Source: an uncultured bacterium
Lineage (GTDB): Bacteria > Schekmanbacteria > GWA2-38-11 > J061
Length of the DNA stretch: 48,099 nucleotides
NCBI GenBank assembly: GCA_964549305.1
Contig: CAZJVM010000016.1
Coordinates: 1 to 48,099 of the forward strand
Direction: 5' to 3'
The notes under the pieces are model-generated. The model saw only the letters and a list, made by a program, of their open reading frames with translations. It had not been told where the DNA came from and did no database searches. Shown one piece after another: positions 1 to 11,025 of this stretch. Both the position numbers and the translations under genes were made by a program. Positions within the stretch are counted from its first letter, which is position 1, and each line of letters begins with the position of its first letter.

Positions 1-117
1 TAAAAAAGATAAATTATCTTCATAAAGATAATCTGAAAGTTATTTTATAGTCAAATTAAACCTTTAAGCTGATAAATATGTAAAAATGTTAATTTAGAAA
101 ATATCATCACCTTATAA

Positions 118-936
118 TCAGTTTTCTCCGTTCTGTTTATATAAGTGTACATCCCTCTGCGGATAGGGAATATTGATGCCTTCAGCATCAAACCCTTTTT
201 TCATCTTTTCCATCGTATCGAAATAGACATTCCAGTAATCTGCAGATTTTACCCATGGGCGCACTGCAATGTTTACACTGCTGTCTCCATGTTCCAAAAC
301 ACCTATGGTAACAGGAGGGTCTTTAAGGATTCTTTCATCAGTTGCCAGTACATCATTTATGACGTTCTTTGCATGGTCAATGTCATCATCGTATCCAATG
401 CCGAAAACAAAATCGACCCGTCTAACAGGTTTAGCGGAATAATTTATGATGTTATCGCTTGAAACTTTGGAGTTTGGAATGATTATTGATTTATTGTCAG
501 GAGTTCTAAGTTTGGTAGTGAAAATCTGTATTTCTTCCACAGTGCCTGTTGTGCCTCCTGCTTCAATGAAATCTCCTGTTTTGAAGGGACGAAAGATAAT
601 AAGCATTACTCCTGCTGCAAAATTTGAAAGTGAACCCTGAAGTGCAAGACCGACAGCAAGACCAGCGGCACCAAGTACCGCGATGAAGGAAGTTGTCTGA
701 ATTCCAAGTTGACTTATCGCGGCAAGGATTACAAAGGTCAGAAGTGAAAAATATACAAGGTTGCCGATAAAGGAGACCAATGTTTCTTCAACATTGCTTT
801 TTTTCAGAAGTTTTACAGTAAGATTCTTAAGAATCCGCGTAAAAATGCGTCCAAAAATAAAGATGGCAATTGCGGCAAGCACTTTGATACCGAATACAGT
901 GAAAAGTTCATAAATCTTTAAAATCATGTCATCCAC
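118..936 (-). CDS. mscS: Small-conductance mechanosensitive channel
   Basis: Three hydrophobic segments; TM3 motif LGAAGLAVGLALQGSLSNFAAG; RPFKTGD; IPYPQRDVH C-terminus. Confidence 0.93.
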   Translation of the reverse strand: MDDMILKIYELFTVFGIKVLAAIAIFIFGRIFTRILKNLTVKLLKKSNVEETLVSFIGNLVYFSLLTFVILAAISQLGIQTTSFIAVLGAAGLAVGLALQGSLSNFAAGVMLIIFRPFKTGDFIEAGGTTGTVEEIQIFTTKLRTPDNKSIIIPNSKVSSDNIINYSAKPVRRVDFVFGIGYDDDIDHAKNVINDVLATDERILKDPPVTIGVLEHGDSSVNIAVRPWVKSADYWNVYFDTMEKMKKGFDAEGINIPYPQRDVHLYKQNGEN

Positions 937-1229
937 TTTGAACCCTCCAAATAAAATTATTTAAATTATTTGTTTAACTAAAAAAATTAAAGAATTTTTA
1001 TATTAAAAATCCTGTATTTAATTTAATGTCAAATAATTTTGTATTGATTTTTATTGAAACTATTAAGAGTAAGGCATAGGAAGAAATTATATTTTAAACC
1101 AATTGGAGCGTTAGAATAATTATAAAAAAATCAGACATTTCCATAGTATTTACAAAATTACGAAATTTTTTTTGCTTTTTTTTAATAAATAATTAAGCGT
1201 ATATAAAAAACAGTTAGGGAGGATATATT

Positions 1230-2138
1230 ATGGAATGGGATGCACAAGCAGTAGAAGGATTTATTCAAATGCCGCTTTCAGGTTCTGCAAAGTCTATGGC
1301 AAAAGTATTTGCCGAGAAAAAGGCAAGGCAGAACAATAGCGAAAAGGTTACTTCAAAGGAAATAGAAGCAACCAAGAAGGTTTATTTTGCTTCAGTACCC
1401 GAAGAAGTCCGCCGCAAGGAGTGGGATAAGAGAATCAAGGAAGGCGAGAGCGACCTTATGGAAAAAATGGAGAAGGAAGCCCGGGATATCCTCGCAAAGG
1501 AAATAGATCTTTTTGACATCGAACTTTGTCACGCGCAGTATTTTCGTTGCGGTTCGCAGGTTGCCGAAGTGAGAAAAATTCGCGAAAAGATAAAAGCGAA
1601 GCTTCAGGAATTGAAAGTAACTGAAATGGTCGCGGATATGCTCGAAGATGACCAGAGAATTCTGCCTCACGACAGAATAACATTTTCCATCTCAGCGTGC
1701 CCCAATTCCTGTACGGGAATCGAAACAAAGGAGTTCGGAATTTACGGCACATCCGTTCCGGTTGTAACCGATGTGGAATGTTCGGAATGTTATGCCTGTG
1801 TGGAAAGGTGTCCTGACAACGCCGTACTTTTGATTCGCGGAGGTCCGCAGATTGATTATGAAAAGTGCAAGCTTTGCGAAGCGTGCGTAAGGGTTTGTCC
1901 CACGGGCACTCTTGCCTCGGAAAAAACCGGATACAGGCTTATGATAGGCGGAGGATTCGGAAGGCATTTCAAGCTCGGTTTCGAAATGTTCAATGTTGCA
2001 ACGGAAGAAGAGCTTTTCAAAGCGCTTGAGGCGTGTATCGAGCATATCAGGGAAAACGCAAGGGGCGAGGAAAGCATTACAAGCATACTTACGAGGACAG
2101 GAGTCGCTCCCGTATTCAGGAAAATATACGGAAACTGA
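1230..2138 (+). CDS. Nitrite/sulfite reductase-like 4Fe-4S protein with 2x[4Fe-4S] ferredoxin insert and N-terminal PCP_red-like helical domain
   Basis: CHAQYFRC...SACPNSC; CSECYACVERCP and CKLCEACVRVCP; GYRLMIGGGFGR; N-terminus MEWDAQA...AEKKARQ...VT; GGAGG RBS upstream. Confidence 0.75.
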   Translation: MEWDAQAVEGFIQMPLSGSAKSMAKVFAEKKARQNNSEKVTSKEIEATKKVYFASVPEEVRRKEWDKRIKEGESDLMEKMEKEARDILAKEIDLFDIELCHAQYFRCGSQVAEVRKIREKIKAKLQELKVTEMVADMLEDDQRILPHDRITFSISACPNSCTGIETKEFGIYGTSVPVVTDVECSECYACVERCPDNAVLLIRGGPQIDYEKCKLCEACVRVCPTGTLASEKTGYRLMIGGGFGRHFKLGFEMFNVATEEELFKALEACIEHIRENARGEESITSILTRTGVAPVFRKIYGN

Positions 2139-2148
2139 TTTATTTTAA

Positions 2149-3360
2149 TCAGATAAATTTTATGACGGATATTTCCGGCGGAACGTTTATTCTCAGGGGA
2201 AATCCGATAGTGCCGACTCCGGGTGTAACATAGAGGTGACTGTTGCCTTCCTTGAACGCGCCTTTTACATATTTAGTTATCAGTCTTGCCGGGCTTATAT
2301 TTATGCCCGGCAGATTTATATTTATCTGCCCTCCGTGAGTATGTCCCGACAGTGTAAGGTCAATAGGGAATGTTTTTGCATAGTCGAAATAATTGGGATT
2401 GTGCGCCAGAAGAATCGTGAGCTTGTCCTTGTCAATTCCCTTTAAGGCTTTTTGTAAATCAGGTGTTGCCATTCTCATATCTTCCACGCCGCAAAGGTTG
2501 ATTTGATTTCCCCTGAAATCAATTACTTCGTTGCCGTTTCTGAAGACGGTTACTCCGGTGCTTTTCAACTCCCTGGTTAACTCCATTTCGTTTCCCCAGT
2601 AGTCGTGGTTTCCGAGACAGCAGTAAACGGGCATCATCGAGCGCAGATGCCTCAAACCCTCTATGCAGGAAGAAACGGAGTCCCTCGAGGTGGCAACAAA
2701 GTCACCCGTTATGAAAAGAATATCAGGTTTTGATTCGCTTATAATCTTAGTCCAGTCCGATATTTCCTTTTTCCCCATAAACACTCCCGCATGAATGTCG
2801 CTTATGTGGGCAATTCTCAGGCTTTTTAAAGATTCAGGCATGTTATTCACTTTAATGGAGGTTTCTTTTACGCTGAAATTATCTCTTTCAAGCACGACTC
2901 CGTATCCTGATACCATAATGGGAGAAAGTACGGCGGTTTTTGTGGCAAGTGAAATGAATCTTCTTCGCCCCATTAGATGAGTGTTTTTGCCTTTCTTCGG
3001 CAGAATGGTTTTTCTAATGGTTTTCGATGAAATGAAGCTAAAAATATCAAAAAATTTGAGTATTAAAAAAATAAGCACATATGAACTTCCCCAAATGACA
3101 TAGGGATAAACTATTGTTGCCATAAGAAAGGGAGAAAGCGGTTTTGTGGGCATATCGGCGGTAAATGTATAAAAGAGAGGAAGGTTGAGAAATATTATTC
3201 CTCCCGCAATCAGGGAATTCAGCGGGGTTTTCCACTTCCTGTCTATATTCTTTCCGTTAATCCACCTTATCGTTCTTTTAACGAGATACCACTGCACGCA
3301 AACGATTACCGAAAACATGCAGATTAAAAATATCGTAAAATATATAAACCTTCCGCTCAT
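2149..3360 (-). CDS. Membrane-anchored calcineurin-like metallophosphoesterase (YkuE/YaeI-like)
   Basis: SDIH, TGDF, GNHD, LAHNP, SGHTHGGQ motifs after N-terminal TM helices. Confidence 0.9.
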   Translation of the reverse strand: MSGRFIYFTIFLICMFSVIVCVQWYLVKRTIRWINGKNIDRKWKTPLNSLIAGGIIFLNLPLFYTFTADMPTKPLSPFLMATIVYPYVIWGSSYVLIFLILKFFDIFSFISSKTIRKTILPKKGKNTHLMGRRRFISLATKTAVLSPIMVSGYGVVLERDNFSVKETSIKVNNMPESLKSLRIAHISDIHAGVFMGKKEISDWTKIISESKPDILFITGDFVATSRDSVSSCIEGLRHLRSMMPVYCCLGNHDYWGNEMELTRELKSTGVTVFRNGNEVIDFRGNQINLCGVEDMRMATPDLQKALKGIDKDKLTILLAHNPNYFDYAKTFPIDLTLSGHTHGGQININLPGINISPARLITKYVKGAFKEGNSHLYVTPGVGTIGFPLRINVPPEISVIKFI

Positions 3361-3590
3361 AAACAGTTTCTTAGTTAAGTAAATGTGTTACCGCGCTAAA
3401 CGGGATATCTATAGAAATTTATATCAGGAAAGGCAAAAATAAAATAAGTTTTTTGAATATTACGCCGGCTGATGACGGGAAAGTTCAAATAGTGAGACGT
3501 ATCTTGATAAAAAGACGCAAATTTGTGGATTTTACCTTCAATTGTGTTTAAGAGGAATAATCACACTTAATTTATTTTAGGGTAAGCTGT

Positions 3591-4916
3591 ATGCCGGATT
3601 ATGCAAAAACTCTCGAATATCTCGATAAAGAATTTTCGGGAAGGGAGATAAAATTAGGCCTTGAAAGAATATCCCGCCTCGCGGAAAAGCTTGGAAATCC
3701 GCAGAATTCCTTCAAGTCGGTAATCGTGGGAGGCACAAACGGAAAGGGTTCGACTTCTGCAATGCTTGCTTCGATGCTCGATGAGGCAGGATACAGAACG
3801 GGACTCTATACGTCCCCACATCTCTTTGATGTAAGGGAAAGAATCAGAGTATCGGGCAGGATTGCCTCAAAAAGAGATTTTGCCCAAGTGGTGGATGAAA
3901 TAAGGCGCGCGGGCGCCGATGAAGTTACATATTTTGAATTTCTCACACTTGCCGCGTTTCTGCATTTTAAACGAAAGAATGTCGATGTTGCAATACTCGA
4001 GGTGGGGCTTGGCGGAAGATTCGATGCTGTTAACATTGCCGATGCAATTGTCAGTGTAATAACAGGTGTTGCTTTTGACCATAGGGATTATCTCGGCAAC
4101 AGTATCGGGGAAATTGCATATGAAAAAGCAGGCATCATAAAAAAGAGCGGTATTGTCATTGCGGGAGAGATGTCCGGGCCGGCTTTGGATGTAATCGAAA
4201 AAGAGAGCGATAAAAAAAATTCAAAACTTTTTGTTTCGGGCAAGGACTTTTGCGCGGAAAATGTCAAACATCTCTCCGGAGGATTTGTCTTTGATTACAA
4301 ATCGAAATGGATTGCCTTAAAATCGCTCAAGGTTAATCTTGCAGGCGGTTTTCAGGCGCAAAACGCATCTGTTGCCCTGTCGGCTTTTTTGCGCATTTTA
4401 AGAAAATTGAAAGGAGCTTCTGACAGGGAAAAAGCTGTCAGAAAAGGACTTTTGCGTGTAAAATGGCGCGGGAGAATGGAAAAGATGCGATTCTGCGGGC
4501 GGCAGTTGCTCTTTGATTGCGCCCATAACAGCGACGCTCTTCGCCATCTTTCGAAATACCTTGCAGGCGAGGTTTTGAAAAGGGATGTTTTTCTCATTTT
4601 CGGTGTGCTTCGCGACAAGGATATTCCGGAGATGCTTTCATTGCTTGAAATTCCGGGAATCAAAATTGTTTTTACCAAACCCGACAATATTCGGGCGGAG
4701 AATCCTTTTACATTAAAGCAGTTATACTCAAAAGCCGGGAAGGCGGGGGAAGTTATCGGCACCGTTGATGAGCCTTTAAAAGCTTATCGCAGCGCGTTTT
4801 CCCAATCGGCGGAGAAATCTCTCATCTGTGTCGCGGGATCTGTTTTTCTCGTAGCTCCTCTTTTGAATTATATTGAAGGGCTAAAAAAAGAAAAATCATT
4901 GTTAAATAAAGCTTGA
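3591..4916 (+). CDS. folC: Folylpolyglutamate synthase / dihydrofolate synthase
   Basis: GTNGKGS P-loop, YTSPHL, LEVGLGGRFDAVN, EKAGI, DCAHN. Confidence 0.95.
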   Translation: MPDYAKTLEYLDKEFSGREIKLGLERISRLAEKLGNPQNSFKSVIVGGTNGKGSTSAMLASMLDEAGYRTGLYTSPHLFDVRERIRVSGRIASKRDFAQVVDEIRRAGADEVTYFEFLTLAAFLHFKRKNVDVAILEVGLGGRFDAVNIADAIVSVITGVAFDHRDYLGNSIGEIAYEKAGIIKKSGIVIAGEMSGPALDVIEKESDKKNSKLFVSGKDFCAENVKHLSGGFVFDYKSKWIALKSLKVNLAGGFQAQNASVALSAFLRILRKLKGASDREKAVRKGLLRVKWRGRMEKMRFCGRQLLFDCAHNSDALRHLSKYLAGEVLKRDVFLIFGVLRDKDIPEMLSLLEIPGIKIVFTKPDNIRAENPFTLKQLYSKAGKAGEVIGTVDEPLKAYRSAFSQSAEKSLICVAGSVFLVAPLLNYIEGLKKEKSLLNKA

Positions 4917-5083
4917 TATAAAAAACAGGGAAGCATTACGATTGATATGAGAGCAAAAAAAGAGTTTTGAATAAGGAATATTTCCCGGCTCTTTTATTTC
5001 ACATAATGGTATTTGTGTGTTATCTTTCCCCAATTTTTAATGAAAATTTATATTTACAAACAGGCATATTCTGAGATTGCTCG

Positions 5084-7618
5084 GTGAATAAAGATATAAC
5101 AATCGGTATCGGAAAAATTCTTTCGGCATTAGCCGTTATTCTGTTTTTATCCCTTCATTCCTTCGCGGCAGAATTTGATAATGTAGGCGTCAAGAGCTTT
5201 AAATCAATGGAATTCGGCCTTGAAGACGAAGTGCGTTTTTACGGCGGGACCCTCGATTTTATCAGAGAGAAAAATATTGTCATTGGAAGAGGGGCAGTTG
5301 ACATAGAATACAAAGGTATGGATCTTCAGGCGGATTATGTAGAATATAATCTTGAAACTGCCGATGTGAAGGCAAGAGGCAATGTTGCGGTGGAGGATGG
5401 TTCGAGCATCCTCTTTTGCGAGGAATTGGAGCTCAACCTTCGAACAAGGACGGGAATAATCAGACAGGGCGAACTTTTCCTCGAGCCCACTTATTATCTT
5501 ACGGGAGTCGAGCTCAGAAGATTGGGGTTTGACAGGTATAAGGTAATTGACGGCTATTACACTGCCTGTCAGGCGGAAAGTCCCGCTTGGACAGTTAAAT
5601 CGAAGGAAGCCGATGCGCAGGTTGGAGGATTCCTCACAGCAAAAGGCTCATCTCTCAGAATCAAAAAGGTCCCCGTATTCTATTCTCCTTATCTTCTTTT
5701 TCCCCTTAAAAAAGACCGCTCGACGGGATTTTTGATGCCCCGCATCGGTTACAGCAAAAGAAAGGGTTTGCGGTGGCAACAGCCTTTTTTCTGGGCTATG
5801 TCCGATTATTCCGACCTCACATTGATTCCCGATTATCAGGGTGAACGAGGTTTGGGAATGGAAGCTAATTTAAATTACCTTACGAGCGAAGAAGGATTCG
5901 GCAGTGCGAATCTCTATTACATATCCACTAAAAGTAAGTCGCGTAGAAATGAAGGAGGCGACGCGAAAAGAAAAAAAAGATGGAGTTTCCTCTTTTTTCA
6001 GAAGGAGGAATTGGAAGATGGTATGAGATTTGCCGCAAAATTAGATGTAAACAGCGATCATAATTTTGACAGGGATTTTGGTGAGGATTACGGGCAAAGC
6101 TCAAAGAACTCCGATATCAAGCTCGATTCTTATATTGCGCTGAGCAAGTCCTGGGAGAAAGCTTTTTATAAATTTAACGCAGGAAGGTCGCAGGACAGAA
6201 TTAAGTCCTTTCCCAAAAAAAAAGGAAGCGGCACTAATGGTAAGTTTTCAGATGTAATTACTGACAAAACATATCAGTATCTCCCTTCCCTGGAGTTTGT
6301 AGCCCTCGAACAGCCGGTTTTCGGAAATGACGGAATTATAAAAGGGCTTGAAAAACTGGACAGGTATCTGCCTTTGAAATTTCGGCTCGACTCTTCTTTT
6401 GCCTCAATCAGGAGTAAATCGAAAAGCAAGGAATATGCAAAGCGGGGAGGCAAGAAGCTGGTCGAAAATTTTGACGAGGTTCGGCTTGATTTTCATCCCG
6501 AAATAATAGTCCCCCTCAACATAAAGGAAATTCTTTCCGTGCGTACCAAGGTGGGTTTCAGGGAAACATTTTATTCAAATCGTTCGGACGGGAAGAGGAG
6601 TCCCACGCGCATTAATCAGGGAGACGGGACGCTTCGAAAGGTAAATCTTTCGGGAAATTCCGATTCCACGAGGGAGATGTACAATGTAGAAATAGATGCC
6701 GAAGGGCCAAAAGCTTATGCCGAAGTGAATACCGATATAGGGAATATGGAAAAAATCAAGCACGTTATCCAGCCCTCGGTGAAGTATGTATATGTGCCAG
6801 AGGTTTCTCAGGACAGTATTTTTCAGGCAGATGAAGATGATTTTATTGCCGGAAGGGAGTATCTGAGGTGGAATCTGGAAAACAGCTTTTTCGGCTCATT
6901 TCGCCTTAATGAAGGAGAAAATGTCAACAAAGAGCTTATGCGTATTTCAATGAGTCAGTTTTATGACTTTAGAAAGGATAACGGCAGTTACCGACGATTA
7001 ATCGAAAGGAAAAAGTTTGACCGCAGAGTCAATAATACGCGCGCGCTATCGGATATGCGATTTTCGATGACGCTCTTTCCCATAACCGGTGCTTCCCTTG
7101 AATTCGCGGGATATGTAGACCCCGTTGACGGAGATTTTGACAGGTTTATTTCAAGGTTTCGCTATGTTACCGAGATACTCGCCAGTAAAGTGTCGTTTGC
7201 GTTTATTTCCAGATGGACTGCGCCAAACTCAAATCAGGCGCTTGATTGGGACGAGCCGGATTTTAATCCGCTTTATATAGACGAAAAGCCCTATGAGAAT
7301 ATCTTTTCCACGGTGCGCCTGAATGTTGAATTTCCCGGAGGCTGGGAAGCGGGTTATACGGGTAATTTCTTTGCAAAGCAGAACAAAAATGACGAGTCGC
7401 TGAATTCGAGTTTCTTTGAACAGAAACAGGAAGACTTTAACCTTAGATTGAAATATAAGGCACAATGCTGGAGTGTTGAAGGCACTTACGGTGTGAGAGA
7501 ATATTTCAAGGAAAAGGGGAGTCTTCGCTCATTTGACGATGAGATAAAAGACGATGAATTTTTCTGGCTTGTATTTGAACTCAAAACTCTCGGTGAGATT
7601 TCCACCGGCGGAATATAA
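5084..7618 (+). CDS. lptD: LPS-assembly outer membrane protein LptD
   Basis: Signal peptide, OstA-like N-domain, YTAC..PAW, RSTGFLMP, YKAQCW near C-terminus; adjacent to folC. Confidence 0.85.
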   Translation: MNKDITIGIGKILSALAVILFLSLHSFAAEFDNVGVKSFKSMEFGLEDEVRFYGGTLDFIREKNIVIGRGAVDIEYKGMDLQADYVEYNLETADVKARGNVAVEDGSSILFCEELELNLRTRTGIIRQGELFLEPTYYLTGVELRRLGFDRYKVIDGYYTACQAESPAWTVKSKEADAQVGGFLTAKGSSLRIKKVPVFYSPYLLFPLKKDRSTGFLMPRIGYSKRKGLRWQQPFFWAMSDYSDLTLIPDYQGERGLGMEANLNYLTSEEGFGSANLYYISTKSKSRRNEGGDAKRKKRWSFLFFQKEELEDGMRFAAKLDVNSDHNFDRDFGEDYGQSSKNSDIKLDSYIALSKSWEKAFYKFNAGRSQDRIKSFPKKKGSGTNGKFSDVITDKTYQYLPSLEFVALEQPVFGNDGIIKGLEKLDRYLPLKFRLDSSFASIRSKSKSKEYAKRGGKKLVENFDEVRLDFHPEIIVPLNIKEILSVRTKVGFRETFYSNRSDGKRSPTRINQGDGTLRKVNLSGNSDSTREMYNVEIDAEGPKAYAEVNTDIGNMEKIKHVIQPSVKYVYVPEVSQDSIFQADEDDFIAGREYLRWNLENSFFGSFRLNEGENVNKELMRISMSQFYDFRKDNGSYRRLIERKKFDRRVNNTRALSDMRFSMTLFPITGASLEFAGYVDPVDGDFDRFISRFRYVTEILASKVSFAFISRWTAPNSNQALDWDEPDFNPLYIDEKPYENIFSTVRLNVEFPGGWEAGYTGNFFAKQNKNDESLNSSFFEQKQEDFNLRLKYKAQCWSVEGTYGVREYFKEKGSLRSFDDEIKDDEFFWLVFELKTLGEISTGGI

Positions 7619-7647
7619 TTACGCCCCCCCTGCCCTTAAAAGGTTTT

Positions 7648-10440
7648 TCAGCTGAGATTTTTTACACATTTGGGACATACTTCAGGATACTCTTCGCTGG
7701 TACCTATTTTGTCCGAAATAGTCCAGCATCTTTCGCATTTCTTCCCTGAAGCTTTTGCGGCGCTTAAAAGAAGACCGTCGAAAATGTTTTCGCCTTCATT
7801 AGCTTCATCGGAGACATCTGCTTCGATGAATGTTATTCCCGAAACTATAAATATTGAAACAAGGTCATTTTCATAACTTTTGTAGAAATCGAAAGCCTCG
7901 CCCTTACCCTGTATTGAAACCTCCGCGTCAAGTGAATGCCCTATGATTTTATTTCGCCTCGCTTCTTCGAGGACTTTTGTCACTTCGCTTCTAAGCTGAA
8001 AAATTCTTTCCCATCTTTCTTCGATTGAGGAGTCTTCGATTAGAAGGGAGTCATCGCGAAATTGGGCAAGATGTACGCTTTCTTCTTTGTTTTTGTCAAT
8101 TTCCTTGAGATAATCCCAAACTTCCTCTGCCGTAAAGGAGAGAATGGGTGCCATCAGGCGCGTGATGGAATCTATTATGGTAAAAAGCACCGTCTGCGCC
8201 GAGCGTCTTTCCGCAGAATCCGCTTTGCTCGTGTATAATCTGTCTTTCAGAATATCGAGATAAAAAGAGCTCATGTCCACAGAGCAAAAATTATGGAAAC
8301 TGTGATAGAAAATATGGAAATCGTAATTTTCATATGCTTTTTTCAGACGCTTTGTAAGCGCGGAAAGCCGTGAAAGAGCCCACCTGTCAATTTCCATAAG
8401 TTTATCAGCGGGCAGCGCATCCTTTTCCGGATTAAAATCATAAAGGTTGCCCAGCATATATTTACAGGTATTCCTTATCCTTCTGTAAGCTTCCGACAGA
8501 CGATTTATTATTTCATCGGAGATTCTTATGTCTTCCCTGTAGTCAACGGAGGATGCCCAAAGGCGAAGTGTTTCGGCGCCCTGTCTCTTTATTATTTCTT
8601 CAGGCGCAATGACATTGCCCATTGACTTTGACATCTTTTTTCCTTTTCCGTCGACAACATAACCGTGCGTGAGCACACTTCTGTAGGGAGGCGTGTCTCT
8701 GTGCGAGATGGAAACCATAAGACTTGAATTAAACCATCCTCTGTGCTGGTCGCTTCCCTCAAGATAAAGGTCTGCCGGCCATGATAACTCATCGTAACTT
8801 TTAAGCACCGCCTCATGGCTTACTCCCGATTCAAACCATACATCGAGAATGTCATTTTCTTTCCTGAATTGGCTCTCTCCGCAGTTTTCGCACTTTGTCC
8901 CTTCGGGAATTAAATCCGAAGCTTCCGTCTCAAACCAGGAATCGGCTCCCTTTCGGGAAAACAAATCCGCGATATTATTGAAGAATTCTTCGTTGAAATA
9001 GGGAGTGGAACATTTTTCGCAGTAGATTACCGTTATTGGCACCCCCCAGCATCTCTGCCGTGATATACACCAGTCAGGTCTTTGCTCGAGCATTCCAGTT
9101 ATCCGTTTTACACCCCATGAAGGTATCCATTTTACATTCTTGACTTCCGAAAGCGATTTATCACGAAGGTCGTTTTCCTCCATCGATATAAACCATTGGT
9201 CTGTTGCTCTGAAAATAATAGGTTTTTTGCATCTCCAGCAATGGGGATAGGAATGGGATATCTGCTCTTCAAAAGTGAGAACGCCGAGGTCTTTTAATTT
9301 ATTTCTTATGAGGACATTTGCCTCAAAAACATTCATTCCGGCAAAATCGGGTATTTCCTCGGTAAAACATCCAGCATCGTTTACGGGGCTGTATATTTCA
9401 AGTCCGTATTTGAGCCCCATATCGTAGTCTTCGACGCCGTGTCCCGGTGCTGTATGGACGCATCCGGTACCTTGCTCAAGAGTTACGTGCTCTCCGTTTA
9501 TAATTAGCGACTCACGATTGTATAAGGGATGACGACATTTTATTCCGTCAAGTTCGCTTCCCTTCCAGGTGTTGATGGTATTGTAGGATATCTTGTCCAT
9601 CTTTTGAAGAAGCGATGGAATCATTTCCTTTGCAAGGAGAATTATGTCGTCCCCGAGTTCGATGAGACTATATTCAAAATCGGGATGAAGGGATATGGCG
9701 AGATTCGCGGGCAATGTCCAAGGCGTAGTTGTCCATATGAGGCAATACGCGCTTTTGCCGTTAAGAAACTTTGTTATCTTTTCCTCGTCTTCGGCAATAG
9801 GAAATTTCACATAGACCGAAAGCGAGGTATGGTCATCGTATTCCACTTCAGCTTCGGCAAGAGCTGTTTTGCAGCTTGAACACCAGTAAATCGGCTTTCT
9901 GCTTCTGTACGCGCTTCCCGTGAGAAAAAAATTTGCAAGCTCACGTATGATTGCTTCTTCATATTTTTTGTTTACTGTAAGGTAAGGTTTTTCCCACGCT
10001 CCGAACACTCCGAGTCGTTTAAATTCCTTTCTTTGAATGTCCACAAAACGCTTTGCATAGTCGAGGCATTGCTTCCTGACTTCGCTGATTTTCAAATCTT
10101 TTTTTTTACCTCCCAACCTCTTGTCAACTTCGTGCTCGATTGGAAGTCCGTGGCAGTCCCATCCCGGAATATAGGGCGCATCCAAGCCGGACATGGTTTT
10201 TGCCTTGACGACGATATCCTTGAGTATTTTGTTTAACGCAGTGCCCATATGAATATGCCCGTTGGCATAGGGAGGGCCGTCGTGAAGAATGAATTTTTCT
10301 TTTCCCTTTCTACTCTCCCTTATTTTTTCATAAATGTTGTTTTCTTCCCATCTTGTAAGAAAAAACGGTTCCTTTTGAGCAAGGTTAGCTTTCATAGGGA
10401 ACTTTGTCTTTGGAAGATTTAGCGTGTCTTTATAGTCCAT
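7648..10440 (-). CDS. ileS: Isoleucine--tRNA ligase (type 1)
   Basis: [56 protein letters not shown]-terminal CERCW..CPKC zinc site. Confidence 0.98.
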   Translation of the reverse strand: MDYKDTLNLPKTKFPMKANLAQKEPFFLTRWEENNIYEKIRESRKGKEKFILHDGPPYANGHIHMGTALNKILKDIVVKAKTMSGLDAPYIPGWDCHGLPIEHEVDKRLGGKKKDLKISEVRKQCLDYAKRFVDIQRKEFKRLGVFGAWEKPYLTVNKKYEEAIIRELANFFLTGSAYRSRKPIYWCSSCKTALAEAEVEYDDHTSLSVYVKFPIAEDEEKITKFLNGKSAYCLIWTTTPWTLPANLAISLHPDFEYSLIELGDDIILLAKEMIPSLLQKMDKISYNTINTWKGSELDGIKCRHPLYNRESLIINGEHVTLEQGTGCVHTAPGHGVEDYDMGLKYGLEIYSPVNDAGCFTEEIPDFAGMNVFEANVLIRNKLKDLGVLTFEEQISHSYPHCWRCKKPIIFRATDQWFISMEENDLRDKSLSEVKNVKWIPSWGVKRITGMLEQRPDWCISRQRCWGVPITVIYCEKCSTPYFNEEFFNNIADLFSRKGADSWFETEASDLIPEGTKCENCGESQFRKENDILDVWFESGVSHEAVLKSYDELSWPADLYLEGSDQHRGWFNSSLMVSISHRDTPPYRSVLTHGYVVDGKGKKMSKSMGNVIAPEEIIKRQGAETLRLWASSVDYREDIRISDEIINRLSEAYRRIRNTCKYMLGNLYDFNPEKDALPADKLMEIDRWALSRLSALTKRLKKAYENYDFHIFYHSFHNFCSVDMSSFYLDILKDRLYTSKADSAERRSAQTVLFTIIDSITRLMAPILSFTAEEVWDYLKEIDKNKEESVHLAQFRDDSLLIEDSSIEERWERIFQLRSEVTKVLEEARRNKIIGHSLDAEVSIQGKGEAFDFYKSYENDLVSIFIVSGITFIEADVSDEANEGENIFDGLLLSAAKASGKKCERCWTISDKIGTSEEYPEVCPKCVKNLS

Positions 10441-10458
10441 TTCGGATTATTTCCTCCT

Positions 10459-10998
10459 CTACCTTTCAATGCCTTCTCTTGAAGACATTCTCTTATCTTT
10501 GTAATAGTGTTTTATTTCTTTCATTTCAGTTACAAGGTCTGCTCTTTCCATAATTTCGGCGGGAGCATATCTGCCTGTCAAAACAAGCTCGATCTGTGAG
10601 TTTTTATTTTCCATAATTTCCAGTATGTCTTTCGCTTCTACAAGACCGAAATTGATTGCGCAGTTTATTTCATCAAGTATTACAATGTCAAATTCCTTTC
10701 CCTTTGTGATTTCCTTAGCAAAGGCTATTCCCTCGGAGGCGAGTTTTATGTCCTCCTGCGAAGGATTGCTCCTGTCAACAAAGGAGCAAAGTCCAAACTG
10801 TCGTACCGTTATGAGAGGGGAAAGTCGCTTCTGGGCGAGGAATTCTCCGTAGTTTTTATCGTTTTTCATAAACTGTATGACAATGCTTTTCATCCCGTGT
10901 CCCGATGCTCTCAGGGCAAGTCCGAATGCCGCGGTAGTCTTGCCTTTACCGTTTCCCGTATAAACCTGTACTAATCCCTTTTCAAGTTTTTTAATCAT
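10459..10998 (-). CDS. cobO: Cob(I)yrinic acid a,c-diamide adenosyltransferase (CobO/BtuR)
   Basis: YTGNGKGKTTAAFG, QFMK, ILDEI, LTGR, ADLVTEM..IKHY. Confidence 0.93.
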   Translation of the reverse strand: MIKKLEKGLVQVYTGNGKGKTTAAFGLALRASGHGMKSIVIQFMKNDKNYGEFLAQKRLSPLITVRQFGLCSFVDRSNPSQEDIKLASEGIAFAKEITKGKEFDIVILDEINCAINFGLVEAKDILEIMENKNSQIELVLTGRYAPAEIMERADLVTEMKEIKHYYKDKRMSSREGIER

Positions 10999-11025
10999 TT
11001 TTTACAAAAAAGGCACTCTTTGTCT

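Noticed and set aside
937..1229. Very AT-rich stretch considered as an origin or island boundary
   Set aside because: No DnaA boxes or att-like repeats seen; consistent with a divergent promoter region
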